DNA of 61,912 nucleotides, counting the filler, from Sphacelaria rigidula (Eukaryota), in NCBI GenBank assembly GCA_964200075.2. It is 8 parts of 8 records of this genome, joined end to end, with 100 filler letters (N's around TTAATTAATTAA, not from the genome) between each part and the next. Parts side by side here need not be neighbours in the genome. Positions count along the whole stretch, not along the records: positions 7,753 to 15,404 come from CAXNAA020013920.1; positions 15,505 to 23,156 come from CAXNAA020013921.1; positions 23,257 to 30,908 come from CAXNAA020013922.1; 5 more parts are not named here. One strand, written 5' to 3'. The position numbers and the translations under genes were made by a program. The notes beneath the pieces are model-generated. The model was not told the DNA's origin and did no database searches. It was given only the letters and a program-made list of their open reading frames with translations. Each line of letters begins with the position of its first letter. Within the stretch, counting starts at the first letter, position 1. Positions 12,655-24,504 of this stretch are shown here, in pieces.

Positions 12655-15404
12655 GTGGGGATTACGAACAATCAGTCGGCGGAGCAGGTGCCGGTCGAGG
12701 ACCAAGACAATTATATCCCTGTTGAGTTATATCTCCCCGATCAACGGGCGCGGGGAGCCATATCGATCAACGCGGTGTTGGATTCAGGCGCTCACTTCAC
12801 GAGCGTGTCGGTGCTGATTGTGGAGATGCTGGAGCGTCTGCTCCCCGGTGAGAAAATCCGAATTCCACTCTCGCTCGGGGCGCGGCAGGCCATCACCGCA
12901 TCGGGCCAACGTATAAATGTGACGGAGCGTACGATTCCCCTACAGTTGGCGCTCAGGACTAACTGGGGGCCAGCAAAATTACCCCCGATATCGTTTGCGA
13001 TCATGCCGAGGACGGACGGTGTCGTTCTGTTGGGCTTACCGACGCTTCGGGGACTCGGAGTTGATCCGTATGATCGGATGCTAGAATCCCAAATAACGCA
13101 AATGCCGGCGCCCAGTTCGAGTGTCGAGACGCCTGCTTTTTTGGCCAGTCGCAGAGTGAGCTTGTCGGCTGATGCTCTCCAGGAGGCGGGGGGGGCAGGT
13201 GTCCAAGAAGCGTGATGAGGCGGTGGAACGCTTGGTGGAGCGTGGCCCCGATATGTTTATGGAGCCGGCGGAAGAAGAGTCTGCGCGAAAGGCTGCGCTT
13301 GAGGAAAGCGTGACGGATGCGGTGGAAAATGGCCTCACCGTCTCAAAAGCGGAGCGCTTGCGTGGCATACTGTATCGCCACGTTAACGCGTTTCGTCGTG
13401 CACTGAGGGGTGATCCCCCTACGCGCGTGGAACCCATGAGGGTTACACTGAAGCCAGGGGCGGCCGCGGTGAAGGCAAAACCGAGGAGGTATGATCTGGT
13501 AAAGTCCAGTTGGCTAGCTTCTTGCATGGGAGCTTTTGTGGCGTTTGGGTTCGTGTTCAGGAATCTACAGGCGGTATGGTCCAGTCCAGCGATGGCGGTG
13601 CCGAAGAAGGACTCTTTCCGTCTTGTCAGCGATTACGGAGCCGTCAATGATCAAGTGGAGAAGTCGCGGGGTGTCATGCCCAATCAGGAATCCGATATGA
13701 TAGACTTGCTGAGTGCGCGATGTTTCGGTAAGTGGGACCTCCTACAGGGGTACTGGCAGATGCCGCTGGCCGAAGAGGCGCAAGAGTTATTCACAATCAC
13801 GACTCCGTTTCGCATGTTTACCCCACGAAGAGTACCGCAAGGCGTGTTGAATGCTACTTCCTATTTTCAAGGTGTCATGATGGACCTTTCAGATGGCTTG
13901 AAATGCAAGATTTGGGTGGATGATGTCTCTTTCTTCGCGGATACGGAAGACGAACTGTTGTGTACGCTTGATGCAATCTTGGCTCGCTTAGAGAGTGATG
14001 GTCTGTTTGCAGCTGCCCACGAGTGTACCTTTTTTGCTAGTGAACTAGTGTGGTGTGGGAAAGTATACTCATACGGTCGCGTCTCGCATGACCCGGTCCG
14101 CTTGCAAGGTTTGTCTGACATGCGGCGTCCAGAAACAGCCGCAGAACTAATGCAATTCCTGCACGCAATGAACTGGTTGCGTACCTCGTTGCCACGTATG
14201 GCCAAAGTAGTGGCGCCCTTACGCGGTTTCCTAGAGGAACCCATGGTGGGGGCAGCAAGGCGCACGAAGCGGGTGGCAAAACATCGTGTTATCCCACCCG
14301 CCTCGTGGACGGAGGACAGGCTACAGGCGTGGGCGGCAGCGAAGGATCTGGTGGCTCACGCCGTGACGCTGTTCCATACCCGCCCAGGTTGCCAGGTGCT
14401 GATGTTTCCGGATGTATCCGAGTGTCATTGGGGTAGCTTTGTAACGCAGGTGCCTGATGCAGAAATGCAACAACGGTTGTCGGTTGAAGACATGACGCAT
14501 GAACCGCTGGCTTTTCTGAGTGGTAATTTCAAGGGTTCCCAGCTGCGTTGGGCTACCATTGACAAGGAAGGTTTTGCTATCGTGAGCACTTTTCGTCGTC
14601 TTGAGCATCTATTGTGGAATGACGTACATATTTTTACGGATCACCGAAATCTAGCGTACATTTTCAACCCGGAGGCATGCGTGACGTCTGTGTCGAAGGC
14701 GTTGGCACAGCGATTGGAGGGGTGGAAAAGTGTATTAGGACAGTATCGGTACACGATTTGTCATATTTCGTGTGAGCGTAACGCGTGGGGTGACTTGCTG
14801 TCGCGCTGGGTAAATATTCCCATTTTGCCTGCGCACGCCGTGGCTGTGTATGGTCCGTGCGAACCTGACGACTCAATGCCGTCCAAATCTGTTGCCCGCC
14901 AAGCGCAACGAAAAGACTTCGGGGCCGAAGATGCGGATGTGCAATATTTCGAGTCGGACGTTGGTACTGCTATCTTGGGCAATGAAGGTGACCACTGGCC
15001 TCAAGGTCCGCTGTGCAATGGGCGCTAACTAGAGCATATCGCCGTCGGTACGATAGTACGCCGTATCACGTGATATTTGGTCGTGCCCCTCGGACGTCTT
15101 TCTCGGTGCTGGCGTCCTCGTCGGAGGGGGGATGGAAGTGTGATGTTCTGGACGATGTTTAAATTAAGAGTGCATTGCAAGGAGTCTTGGACTTGCAAGA
15201 ACGTTTCCACGTTCAAGTGCAGGAGCGTGTTGCAGCTGAACGTGCGCGTAGACGTGAGGGGTCTTCGTCGGGGCTGGAATTGCCGAATTTCGAAGTAGGC
15301 GATTATGTTTTGTATGCACGCGTGCGTCGCCCGGGAGTTACGCCAAAATTGATGGCGACGTGGACTGGTCCGTGGAGAGTGGTTGGTGCTCATCACCCGC
15401 ATGT
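12655..15404 (+). pseudogene. pol: Gypsy pol (aspartic protease, RT, RNase H, truncated integrase), frameshifted
   Basis: Protease AVLDSGA; RT DLLQGYWQ, VPQG, WVDD; RNase H DVSE, IFTDHRNL, NAWGDLLSR; IN C-terminus FEVGDYV..KLMATWTGPWRV. Confidence 0.9.
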
Positions 15405-16232
15405 NNNNNNNNNNNNNNNNNNNNNNNNNNNNNNNNNNNNNNNNNNNNTTAATTAATTAANNNNNNNNNNNNNNNNNNNNNNNNNNNNNNNNNNNNNNNN
15501 NNNNACAAAAGGTAAGCGGTTTCTGGAGGCGAATCGTCCGTTTTCGCGTGGCCATATCTCTCGAGTAACATGAGTTTTATCCGTTTTTTGTCGAGTCCCG
15601 GGTGCCAATAGCGCCCCCGAACGATGTGCATGAAAACTCCGGAGCGAAAACGGTCAAAATGGCCTGTTTGGCTGTTTTCGCGTTTCTGGCCATTTTTCGC
15701 ACCTTTCCTAGGCAAAAAACGAGAAGGCATACCTTTTCTAGGCCATTGCCCTTTTTTCTTAATGCGGCGGGTTAACGTCAGCAATCACCCCGCACTGGGC
15801 ATTAGTGGGGCGCAGCAGCGTCACGGAAAACATCGAACGCACTGCCCAACTCGACGAGTCTTGAGCTGAAATTTCAGGAAGACCTTTTGCACCCAAGGAA
15901 GTGATACTTCACGAGTCCAGCTGCAGATTCTCCTTTTTTTCCTGGACTTATGGCATTATCTATTTTTCTCTGAAATTTCGGATGCCCGTAACTTCCTTTT
16001 TTTATTTTCTATTTTTGCTGCTCACGTGATTTTCTACATTTCGATCATAAAAAGCTGCTGTCAACATTTCAGCGTTCAGCAAGGGGGCAGCGCCGAAAAT
16101 ATTTCCATACGTCGGACGAGCACGCGTGTTATTCGTGGCACTCGCACCCATTGGGCTGCTCGTTGGCCGTAAAAATGAATAGGGCGGGCACTCGAGTCAT
16201 TGCTCGTTGGGAAAACAAATGAATAGGGCCGA

Positions 16233-16613
16233 TGTTATAGTGTTAGGCGGGATGCACTCTCTTGTGCAAGCCGGTCACGTCAGATGCCCGCTGATCTCCT
16301 GGCACCGACAAGGGTCAGGTTATATCCGAAACCAAGTCACACTGCAATAGCTTCACACAGTAAGCTATACCCACTTGATACAAAAAGCTATTGTTCACTC
16401 GTATTCGTTATCGCTCCTTTAATGCTCTCTCAGCTGCTCTCCGGCTATAGCGAATGCTTAACAGTCAGCTCCACGCGGGCGAGTACGGCGGAAGGGCTCA
16501 AGGACCCATGCCTGTATCTTTTATCAGTCTCACATCCGGCCTAGTCAAGCTTAATCAGACCCGCAACTATAGAATCCCAGATCTGATCATAGACGCCTCC
16601 TAGCTTCATGACA
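16233..16613 (-). repeat. Probable 3' LTR of Gypsy element 2 (~381 bp)
   Basis: The minus strand reads purine tract GGATAGGCGAG, then TGTCATG...TATAACA. It lies downstream of the minus-strand pol. Confidence 0.6.
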
Positions 16614-19054
16614 CTCGCCTATCCAGAGGAACATCTATCACAGTTGCGACGAGAAATCCCGGGGAGCAACGGAAATCGAGGTTTTTCTCCACGTCAAGTC
16701 ATGAGCGACAAGGAAGGCGAACTCAATGCTATAAAAGCACTTGGTGGTAGTGGCTAAAAAGAAAGAAGGTACATCCCAGACGACGAGGGCAACGTCCACT
16801 CCGTTGCCCCATCCTCCCACACCTCAAACAAGGTAAGCGAAATCTGCTACCGAAAAGCGCAAGTGCGTTTGAAGACGCAGGAGCACACAATGCTGCTGCG
16901 GGCTAGCGAACTAAACAGACGAACACAAAATGCTTCGACGTGCTAGCCAAAAAAAAGAGGCAAAAGGGAAAACACACCTGGGGCACAACGTCTACGTGGG
17001 CGGTACCGAAGTCAACCGCCGAACTGTCAATCACATGCGGTGAGCGCATGGTGGCTGAGGAAGCCAGGTAATAAGCACTCCAAGACGGCAAGGGGTCCAG
17101 TGCCAGTCATATAAAACGCCAAAAGCGAGAATACGAAATGCGCCAGTAGTCGAAGATGAATGTGCTCCAAGCAAGTTCCATTCGTTGTCCGTGGTTGTGC
17201 GCCGAAGTAGCGCCGGTTGTAGGCTGTTGAAGAAGTCGGGGGGTGGCACTGGTGTGTCCTGGATGATGGAAGCAGGGGGAGACATCTAAACGACAGGGGA
17301 AAAGAAAAGAAAAGAAAAAGGCAATATGTCGTGGATCGGAAAGCAGAAGGTCTGTGGGAGCTTAAAGCGGTGCGTTAACATAATCTGTGCGATCGATATC
17401 ATTTTGGATTCCGCGGCGGAGGCCTTTGGATTTGAGTCGCCGAAGACACCAACACCCTCGTGGTGCGAATGGAGTGGTGATATAAAGCTCTGGACGGAGC
17501 TTGAGCTGCACGGGTCCGGAGTCATCGATGAAGCGCACGATTTATGTGTCAGTCGCGATGAAGTCTATAGAGTGGGTCTGGCCTAGTCACCAGAGGTTGT
17601 CGCTGCCTTTGTACCAGAGGTTGGCGCCTTTGGGAAGGATTTCCTATTTTGCGCGAATCTTTTCTTTCCAATGCTGGGTGGCTACCAATTCACAGCCATC
17701 AGTGACAAAGCGCAAACCTTTGTCACGGTGAAGTTCGCGTGCTGCTGCGCCGCGGCGCATGTTGCGATATTTCTTGTTGTTAGCAAGATGTTGCTGCTGA
17801 GGTTGTGTCCAGTACAGGAGAATAGCTCGGCGGTGCAGCTGAAGGTCAGATTTGCGTTCCCAAGACGCTTTCCGAAGGCCTCGCCATTGAGTTTTGTTCA
17901 TGACAGCGATCTTACCGCCTCGACCGCGGGTGATCTGGTGACCAGAAATGTGGGACACGGCGAGACGAAGCGGTTGTTCCGTCACATCGTCGGTAGTAAC
18001 GTGATAACGCGGTGATTTGGTCGAATAGCTGTTAAATACGTACTGCGTAAGACCGGCAGGTAAATTTTTGGGCATGTCTCTAGTGTCATGCGGATTGATG
18101 CAAAGTTTACAACGGTGCACAGAGACGCGAGATTTGGCGTCATGTCCTTGAAGATCGCGAGGAAGATCGAGATGAAGAAGTTTGTCACCAACAGGTCTGT
18201 CATCAGGTGATGATGGCGAGGGCCCTACGGTCAGAATCTTGAATGGTCCTGTCCAGTTGAGGGATAACTTAGTCCTCAAGACTGTCTCGTTGGCAGCTCT
18301 GTCGGCGCCTGGGTGAATGGTTGACAAACTGTTGTAAACCCAGACCCAATCGCCAACCTTCCAAGTAGGTCGTTTGTACATCAGATTGTAGAGAGCATTA
18401 TTAGATCTCTCAAGGCGCGAGGAGTTGATGGCGTGTTGTTCACGCACGAGAGTGAAAGCTTGGCGCTGGAGTGCATGCGCCAGGTCATGGTAGGATATCT
18501 AATCCTGATCTAAGCCTTGGTGGCCATCGAAGGTGTGCCTCTTTAACACGGTGATGGGCAGGCGGGGGTAGCGACCGAGATGTAACTCGTTCGGAGAAAG
18601 ACCGGTAGCAGCGTTGACGGAGTTGATACAAGAGAACATGACATGTGAGAGATGGAGATCCCAATCGTTTTGACGATCATTGACTACCATAGACAGCATC
18701 TGGGCCATGGTGTGGTTAACTCTTTCAGTACCACCGTTACCGTTAGGGTGATAAGCACTCGTGGCTATCTTTCGAATGCCCAGGAGCGTGTACAGTTCGT
18801 CCGAGAGATCGGAGCAAAATTGCTGACCATTGTCAGAGAGAAGCCGTTTCGGGTAACCATAGTGCTTGATATAGTCGTGAACTGAGATGTTAGCGGTGCC
18901 TGCCGCTGTGAAGTCTCCGGCGGTGACGGCGCACATGGTGGCGTGACGGCTGAAACGGTCGGTAGAGAGCAACATGTGGGTGTTACCACGATTGGTGGGC
19001 GGTAACGGACCGAAATAGTCGAAAGACACGAGGTGACCAGGAGCGTTGGGAAGT

Positions 19055-19465
19055 AACAGAGGATTCTATAAAATGAGGTTCATCAATGAAATGAGGTTCG
19101 AGCTCAAAACAGTACGTTCTCCACGCTGTCAGCGATGGTGCCCCATGGCTTTCTTGTCGGCCTAATGCCCCTCGATCGCGTAGATACTTCTTTAGCGCAT
19201 TTGATCGACTCTGTGAGCTTACAGCGCTGTCCGAAACCGCCGTTTCTACTTATTTTTTAGGGGGGGTGATATCAGGGAAAACAGCAGTTTCGGTCAGCGC
19301 TGTAAGCTCACAGAGTCGGTAAAATGCGTTGAAAAAATGTTCACGCAATCGAGGGGCATTAGGCCGACGAAAACGTCATTGGGCACCATCGCTGAAAGTG
19401 TGGAGAAAGTACTGTTTCGGGCTCGAACCTCATTTCATGAACCTCATATTATAGAATCCTCTTTT
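19055..19465. mobile_element. 411-bp foldback MITE with ~190-bp TIRs and 4-bp TSD (AAGT), inserted in the Gypsy 2 integrase
   Basis: Termini aacagaggattctataa / ttatagaatcctctttt; AAGT at 19051-54 and 19466-69. Removing the element and one TSD restores the integrase frame ..ISMALPNAPGHLVSFDY.. Confidence 0.92.
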
Positions 19466-22400
19466 AAGTGCCATCGAAATGACTGGCCAACGTATTGCCT
19501 GTCGTGAGGTTTTGCGAGCTTGACACTACAAGCAGCGCCGAATCCAGAAGCGGGTGGACACTTCCATACCTATCCACCAGTAGAAACGTTCGAGTAACGC
19601 TAATGTGCGCGTGACACCAAAGTGGCAAGACAGGTTATTGTGGCAGCCTTTCATTACCCACGGTCGCATCAAAAATGGGACATATATCCGAGTGGGTTCA
19701 TCGTCGAGTAGGCGTGCATGGCGTCCAGGGGGCGCGAGTGAAGTTACACCCTGCTGGGGCGTAGGACGGCGGACAAGCAATTCGATTCCGTGATTAGTTG
19801 TGAAGATAGTACCTTTACGTGCGAGTTCGTACACCTCAGCGGCGTTTGGTGGTGGTAGTGTCCCAATCGGGGCTAATACATTGGCCGGGATAGGAGCAGG
19901 GCAGCCAGCACGGAGGTACCGCATGGTTGCGCGGCATAATGGTTCTGCTTGTTGTTCACGAGCCCAATCACGATGGGAGTAACTGGCGAGAAATTCGCGC
20001 AGATGGCCTTCCGCCGGAGAGCCGACCAGACATGGTGGCTCACGAAGCGATGGAACAGGCGACGGGAGGGAGATGCCAACGTCGATGTGAACATCGGAAG
20101 CATCAGGAGGGGTGGGCACTGACGGGGCCGCAGCGGGCGGCGATGTCGAAGTAGTGTGCGCCGGAGATCGCGCTCGGCGCTTGTGGTGAGGACAACGCGT
20201 GGCGGGGGTTGTCAAGGCTCGTGGTGCGGTGTTGCGGGGAGCCGGCGCTACGCTGCTCGCAGGAGCAGTAGGTGTTATCGGGTGGCGGCGGGGCGCGGGG
20301 AGGGTTAGCGCGGGCGGCAGACCGAGAGCGCATGTTGTCGGAAATGATATGGACAATTGGAGGCGGCGAAACTGCAATATTTGCGCGAGGACCAATAGTA
20401 CGGAAAATCGGCGAAATCGGCGTCTGCGGATTGTAGCCCATCCAAGACTGCATCATACGGTGGGGGGGGGGGGCGCCCATGTGCATACCCGTCTCTGGGC
20501 AATGAAGGTCAAGGGCGTAAATGGGCATTGAGAAACACCGGATAGGATACACGCCGGGTTCATCGGGTTCAGTTGGTCGGCAGGCGGGGCTGAAATCCAC
20601 AGCCGTTGGAGGGAAGGGCAAGCGGGATTCAAGGTCAGCATTCCGTTTGGTTTTGCCAAGGCGGTGTTTGACAGCATACTGATAAGCTGTCAGGAACTCC
20701 AACCAGCGATCACACACGCGAGTTATGTTCGCCAACTTTGGCGAGTTGTTCAAGTCCTGCGTGATCCGTGTAGATTTGGAAAGGCACATGGAACAAATAT
20801 TGTCGAAGGCGCTTTATGGCCCGAGTGATGACTCCGCCTTCCAGCTCCAGTGGACTCCAGTTGGCCTCGTTTGGAAGGGTGGCGCGACTGATATAGAGGA
20901 TGGGTCGAATAGAGCCATCGACTTGAGGCTGATTCAGGACCGCGCCGAACCTGTCGGTGCTTGCGTCTGTATGTCGTTGAAAGAAGCGAGAATCGTCTTG
21001 TGCGGCATCCCAATCTGGGAAGCAAAGGACCGGTTTTTCGGTAAGCGTTTTCCGCAAGTCGCGCACGATAGCTTACATGTCTTTGGTGAAGGCAAACGCG
21101 GCGCCTTTTTTTAAGCAAGTCCGTAATGGAGCGAATCCGTTTGGACAGGTTAGACAAAAAATTGCGATAGTAGGACAGTCCGCCCAATAACGAGCGGAGC
21201 TGAGTAATGTTCAGTCATTGCCCTGACTTTGTTGGTTTCGGGGTGTAGGCTCGCCGGTGAAATTGAGTGTCCCAGAAAATCCAGTTCAGTCGCGCCCAGG
21301 CGATCTTTGGATGGAGACAGTTTCAAATAATGTTTCCGCAGTCGAGAAAGAAACTATCGTAAGGTGTGCACATGCGCAAGAGGGGAGGCATCGAATGCGA
21401 TAGCGTCGTCCAAGTACATGATGACGTGTTCGACGTGCTCTGTAACGCGTTGCATGAAGAGTTGAAAACAATCTGGTGCAGTGGCGGCACCTTGTGGCAT
21501 ACGGAGCCATTCGTAGAGCCCAGAAGATGTGCACAACGTTGTCAGCGGGACTGTGTCAGGATGGATGGCATTCCGGAAAAATCCAGAAGCGAGGTCGAAG
21601 GTACTGAATATTTTGCCTTCGCCTAGAGAGTCGAAGACTTCATCTATGCGAGGAATGGGAAGTTTCCCCACCACAGTAACGCGATTTAGCCGTTGATAAT
21701 TCACGGTGATGCGTATGTTTCCATCCTTTTTGGGGACTATTGCTAGCGGTGAAGCCCACGGAGAAGAGGAGTGTTGGATTAATTCGGCACCTAAGTACGC
21801 ATCTAAGAGGGCGTTAACGTGTTTGATAAGGATGGGGTTCGTCCGATACGGTCGAGGAAAGATTGGCGAAACGCCAGGTTGAAGGGTGAGTTCAAAGGGA
21901 AGCGTTTTCCAATGCCCTAGATCCGTTTTGGAACGAGAAACTCGGTCTTGGTACTCCAATAAACATCGCTCAATTCTTTGATTACAGCGGGTTCCCAACC
22001 GGGTCCATGTAGGTCAAAGGTGATGTCACATAAATGGGATGGAAGTTGATCCCACATGTGCAAGAAACTTGTCCGAGATTCTGGCGATAGGCGTTGTAGC
22101 ACTTCGGCAGGAGGGTCGGACGTTGACGGTGCAGGGTCCACGGTGTGGATACGTGGAGACGAAGAGGTTACGTCAAAGTAAGGCTCACCGACGCCATTGA
22201 CAGAACCGTTTGTCGGAGGCGCCGAGATGGGCGTAGAGGGTTCAGTGGCACATGTCTCAAGTGGAATGTGCATGAGGGGAGCAGCAGCAATACCCAAAAC
22301 ATCTCCGGGTTCCAAGTTAGCATGACCCGTGAGTGGGAAAAGTTGTTTCCCTGCGGAGACAAAGTGTTCTGTGCCGGCAGGCGCACCAACTCGAGGAAGC

Positions 22401-24091
22401 ATTTCAGCGAGGTAATGTCCCGTAAGGGCAGGCATGCCATTTCGGCGAACTAGGGCAACTTCTAGCAGTTGAGGATTATCGGAGAGGGTAACACCAGCAG
22501 TACCATCGTATCGGAGGTGGTAAGGAGCTCCGGTAGCTTGTTCATTTTTTTGATAAGCCAACGCGCCGTGAAGAGTACCGAAATCTTCAAGGTTGGGCTC
22601 TCCACGAGGCGCAGACTGTGGCGATAATGGTGGCAGTGTGCGGCAGGTGCGTTGATCAAACCGCATATAACTATCTCGGCCCATGAGTAAGGCGTAAGCC
22701 ATGGTGCTGTCGGGGACAACATATGCCCAAACTGCAAGGCTGGCAGAACGAGTTGTGTTGTGAAAGAATCGCTCAATGAGACGGACTGATATCCATGTGG
22801 TCAAAGGTACGGTGGAGTCATCAAAACGGCCCCATACTCGAGGTTTGGTGATGATTTCGCAAGCTGCTGAAGCAGCACCAATTTGTTTCATATGTTCCCA
22901 CATTGATTCACGAATAAATGTTTGTGGGCTGCCGCTGTCTAACAAGGAGACGCATTTGGCAGTCGTGGTTGCGTATGGTCCACAATGGAGCGCTACGCGA
23001 GTAGTAAAAGTGGCAGGATTAACAGACACTGTACCGCCGACAAGATCCGGACCATGTTCAGCCAAGGAAACTTGATCAGAATCAGTAGTGCTGACGGCAA
23101 AAACGGAGGAAAGACTTTCACAGGCGGGTACAACACCCATGGGGGCCCGGAGAAGTNNNNNNNNNNNNNNNNNNNNNNNNNNNNNNNNNNNNNNNNNNNN
23201 TTAATTAATTAANNNNNNNNNNNNNNNNNNNNNNNNNNNNNNNNNNNNNNNNNNNNGAGGCCCTTTATATCCCTGGGTAGCATATCGACGTGTAGCTGTC
23301 AGCACACGCAAGTGATGGAGGTCAAGAAAAGCACACGTGGAATACAAGAATGACTCACTTTAAGCGAATGATCAAAGCCACTCTCAATCGTATCATGTAC
23401 TCTCAATGTCACGAAAACACTGTTCGTTCCCAATTTCGTTTTGTTGGGACAAAATGAGGGGAGCTTCGTTCCTCGAGGAAGAACCATTGATCGTACATAG
23501 TCACGATCCAGATCGGTTGGCTCCACCTAAACTTCGAAAACTGAGGTCTTTACACCCGTAGGGCCCCCAACGGCTTGTGCGCCCGTAACTCGCTTAAACT
23601 TGGTCGAAGAATATTTCTTCCCGGAAATGGTGTCGAGTAGCCATATCTCTTAATCTTCGGGGTTCGTGATCAACAAGAGACATTAGTGAGTCGTGATGAC
23701 CGCAAAAACTCGAAACATCACTTTTGATCGACACAAAAGGAGTTTGAAGTTGCAATGCAACAATTAGGCAAAGCCATTGTGCTGTCCACAACGCAGGTAA
23801 CGTCGAGAAGGGACACCTCACTCACAGCGCATGAACGGCAGCTACAACAACAACACGGTTGCTGAATTCGGCAAGGACAGGGGCCCCTTGCGCGTGGCTG
23901 AACGCGATGGGGCGAACGAGACCATCGGGGAGAATATACTTGCAGTGCTTCATGCGACTGCAAGCAACCCCTCGCATCATTCAATGTTGAAGTTTTACAC
24001 GACGAAGCCAACTCGCTCCGCAACACACGGCGACTGTGTGTTCTACCGCCAGTAAAGAGTACCACGGGTGTAGCTGATGACTGTATCATGT

Positions 24092-24291
24092 TACGAGGGG
24101 GGGGAGGGGGGGGATTCAGAGCGATTTCCTCCACGAAATTCCACCTCAAATCGTCGTTGAAAGCAGTAAGGTTTCCCAAAACTTGACGCCGTTTTCACCC
24201 AAATATAGACGTAACGCGGAAAGTTGGATCGTCTGATGCACTTGAGACCCTGTTTTTCATGGAATCGACCCCCTCTCCCCCCCTCCTATCG
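24092..24291. mobile_element. ~200-bp MITE with G-rich TIRs (family also at 25436-25632 and partially at 28305-28390)
   Basis: Shared core ttccacgaaattccac.../atggaatcga. The 25436-25632 copy has TA-cga..ggggg / ccccc..tcg-TA termini. Confidence 0.7.
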
Positions 24292-24504
24292 CATGCTCCG
24301 TCTCGAAAGAGATGCGTGGTCAATGGTCAAAAGACTAAGGCACGCAACAAATGAGTACGCCCTCTCCTATCGCGGCACTCCACGCCTCGTGCCCCCTTGA
24401 CGCATTTCTACCAGAATCACCCGCGACTTTATCACGTCTCTCGTCGAAGCCAAAAATACGGGTTGCTGAGCCGATGTAGTACGATTTCTTCAATAGGAGT
24501 TCAG

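Larger units (their letters stand above)
10804..15404 (+). mobile_element. Ty3/Gypsy LTR retrotransposon 1 (gag-PR-RT-RH-partial IN), 3' end beyond the contig
   Basis: Domain order LTR, gag, protease, RT, RNase H, integrase C-terminus. Confidence 0.93.
16233..23156 (-). mobile_element. Ty3/Gypsy LTR retrotransposon 2, degenerate (PR-RT-RH-IN plus C-terminal extension)
   Basis: Protease LLDSGSPQTFI (~22930); RT FDLASGF, MPQG, YLDD (21998-21354); RNase H TDAS..IYTDH; integrase HFGVTRT..FYWW, SFDYFGP, SDNG, YHPNGNGGTER, WTGPFKI. Many frameshifts. Confidence 0.95.
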
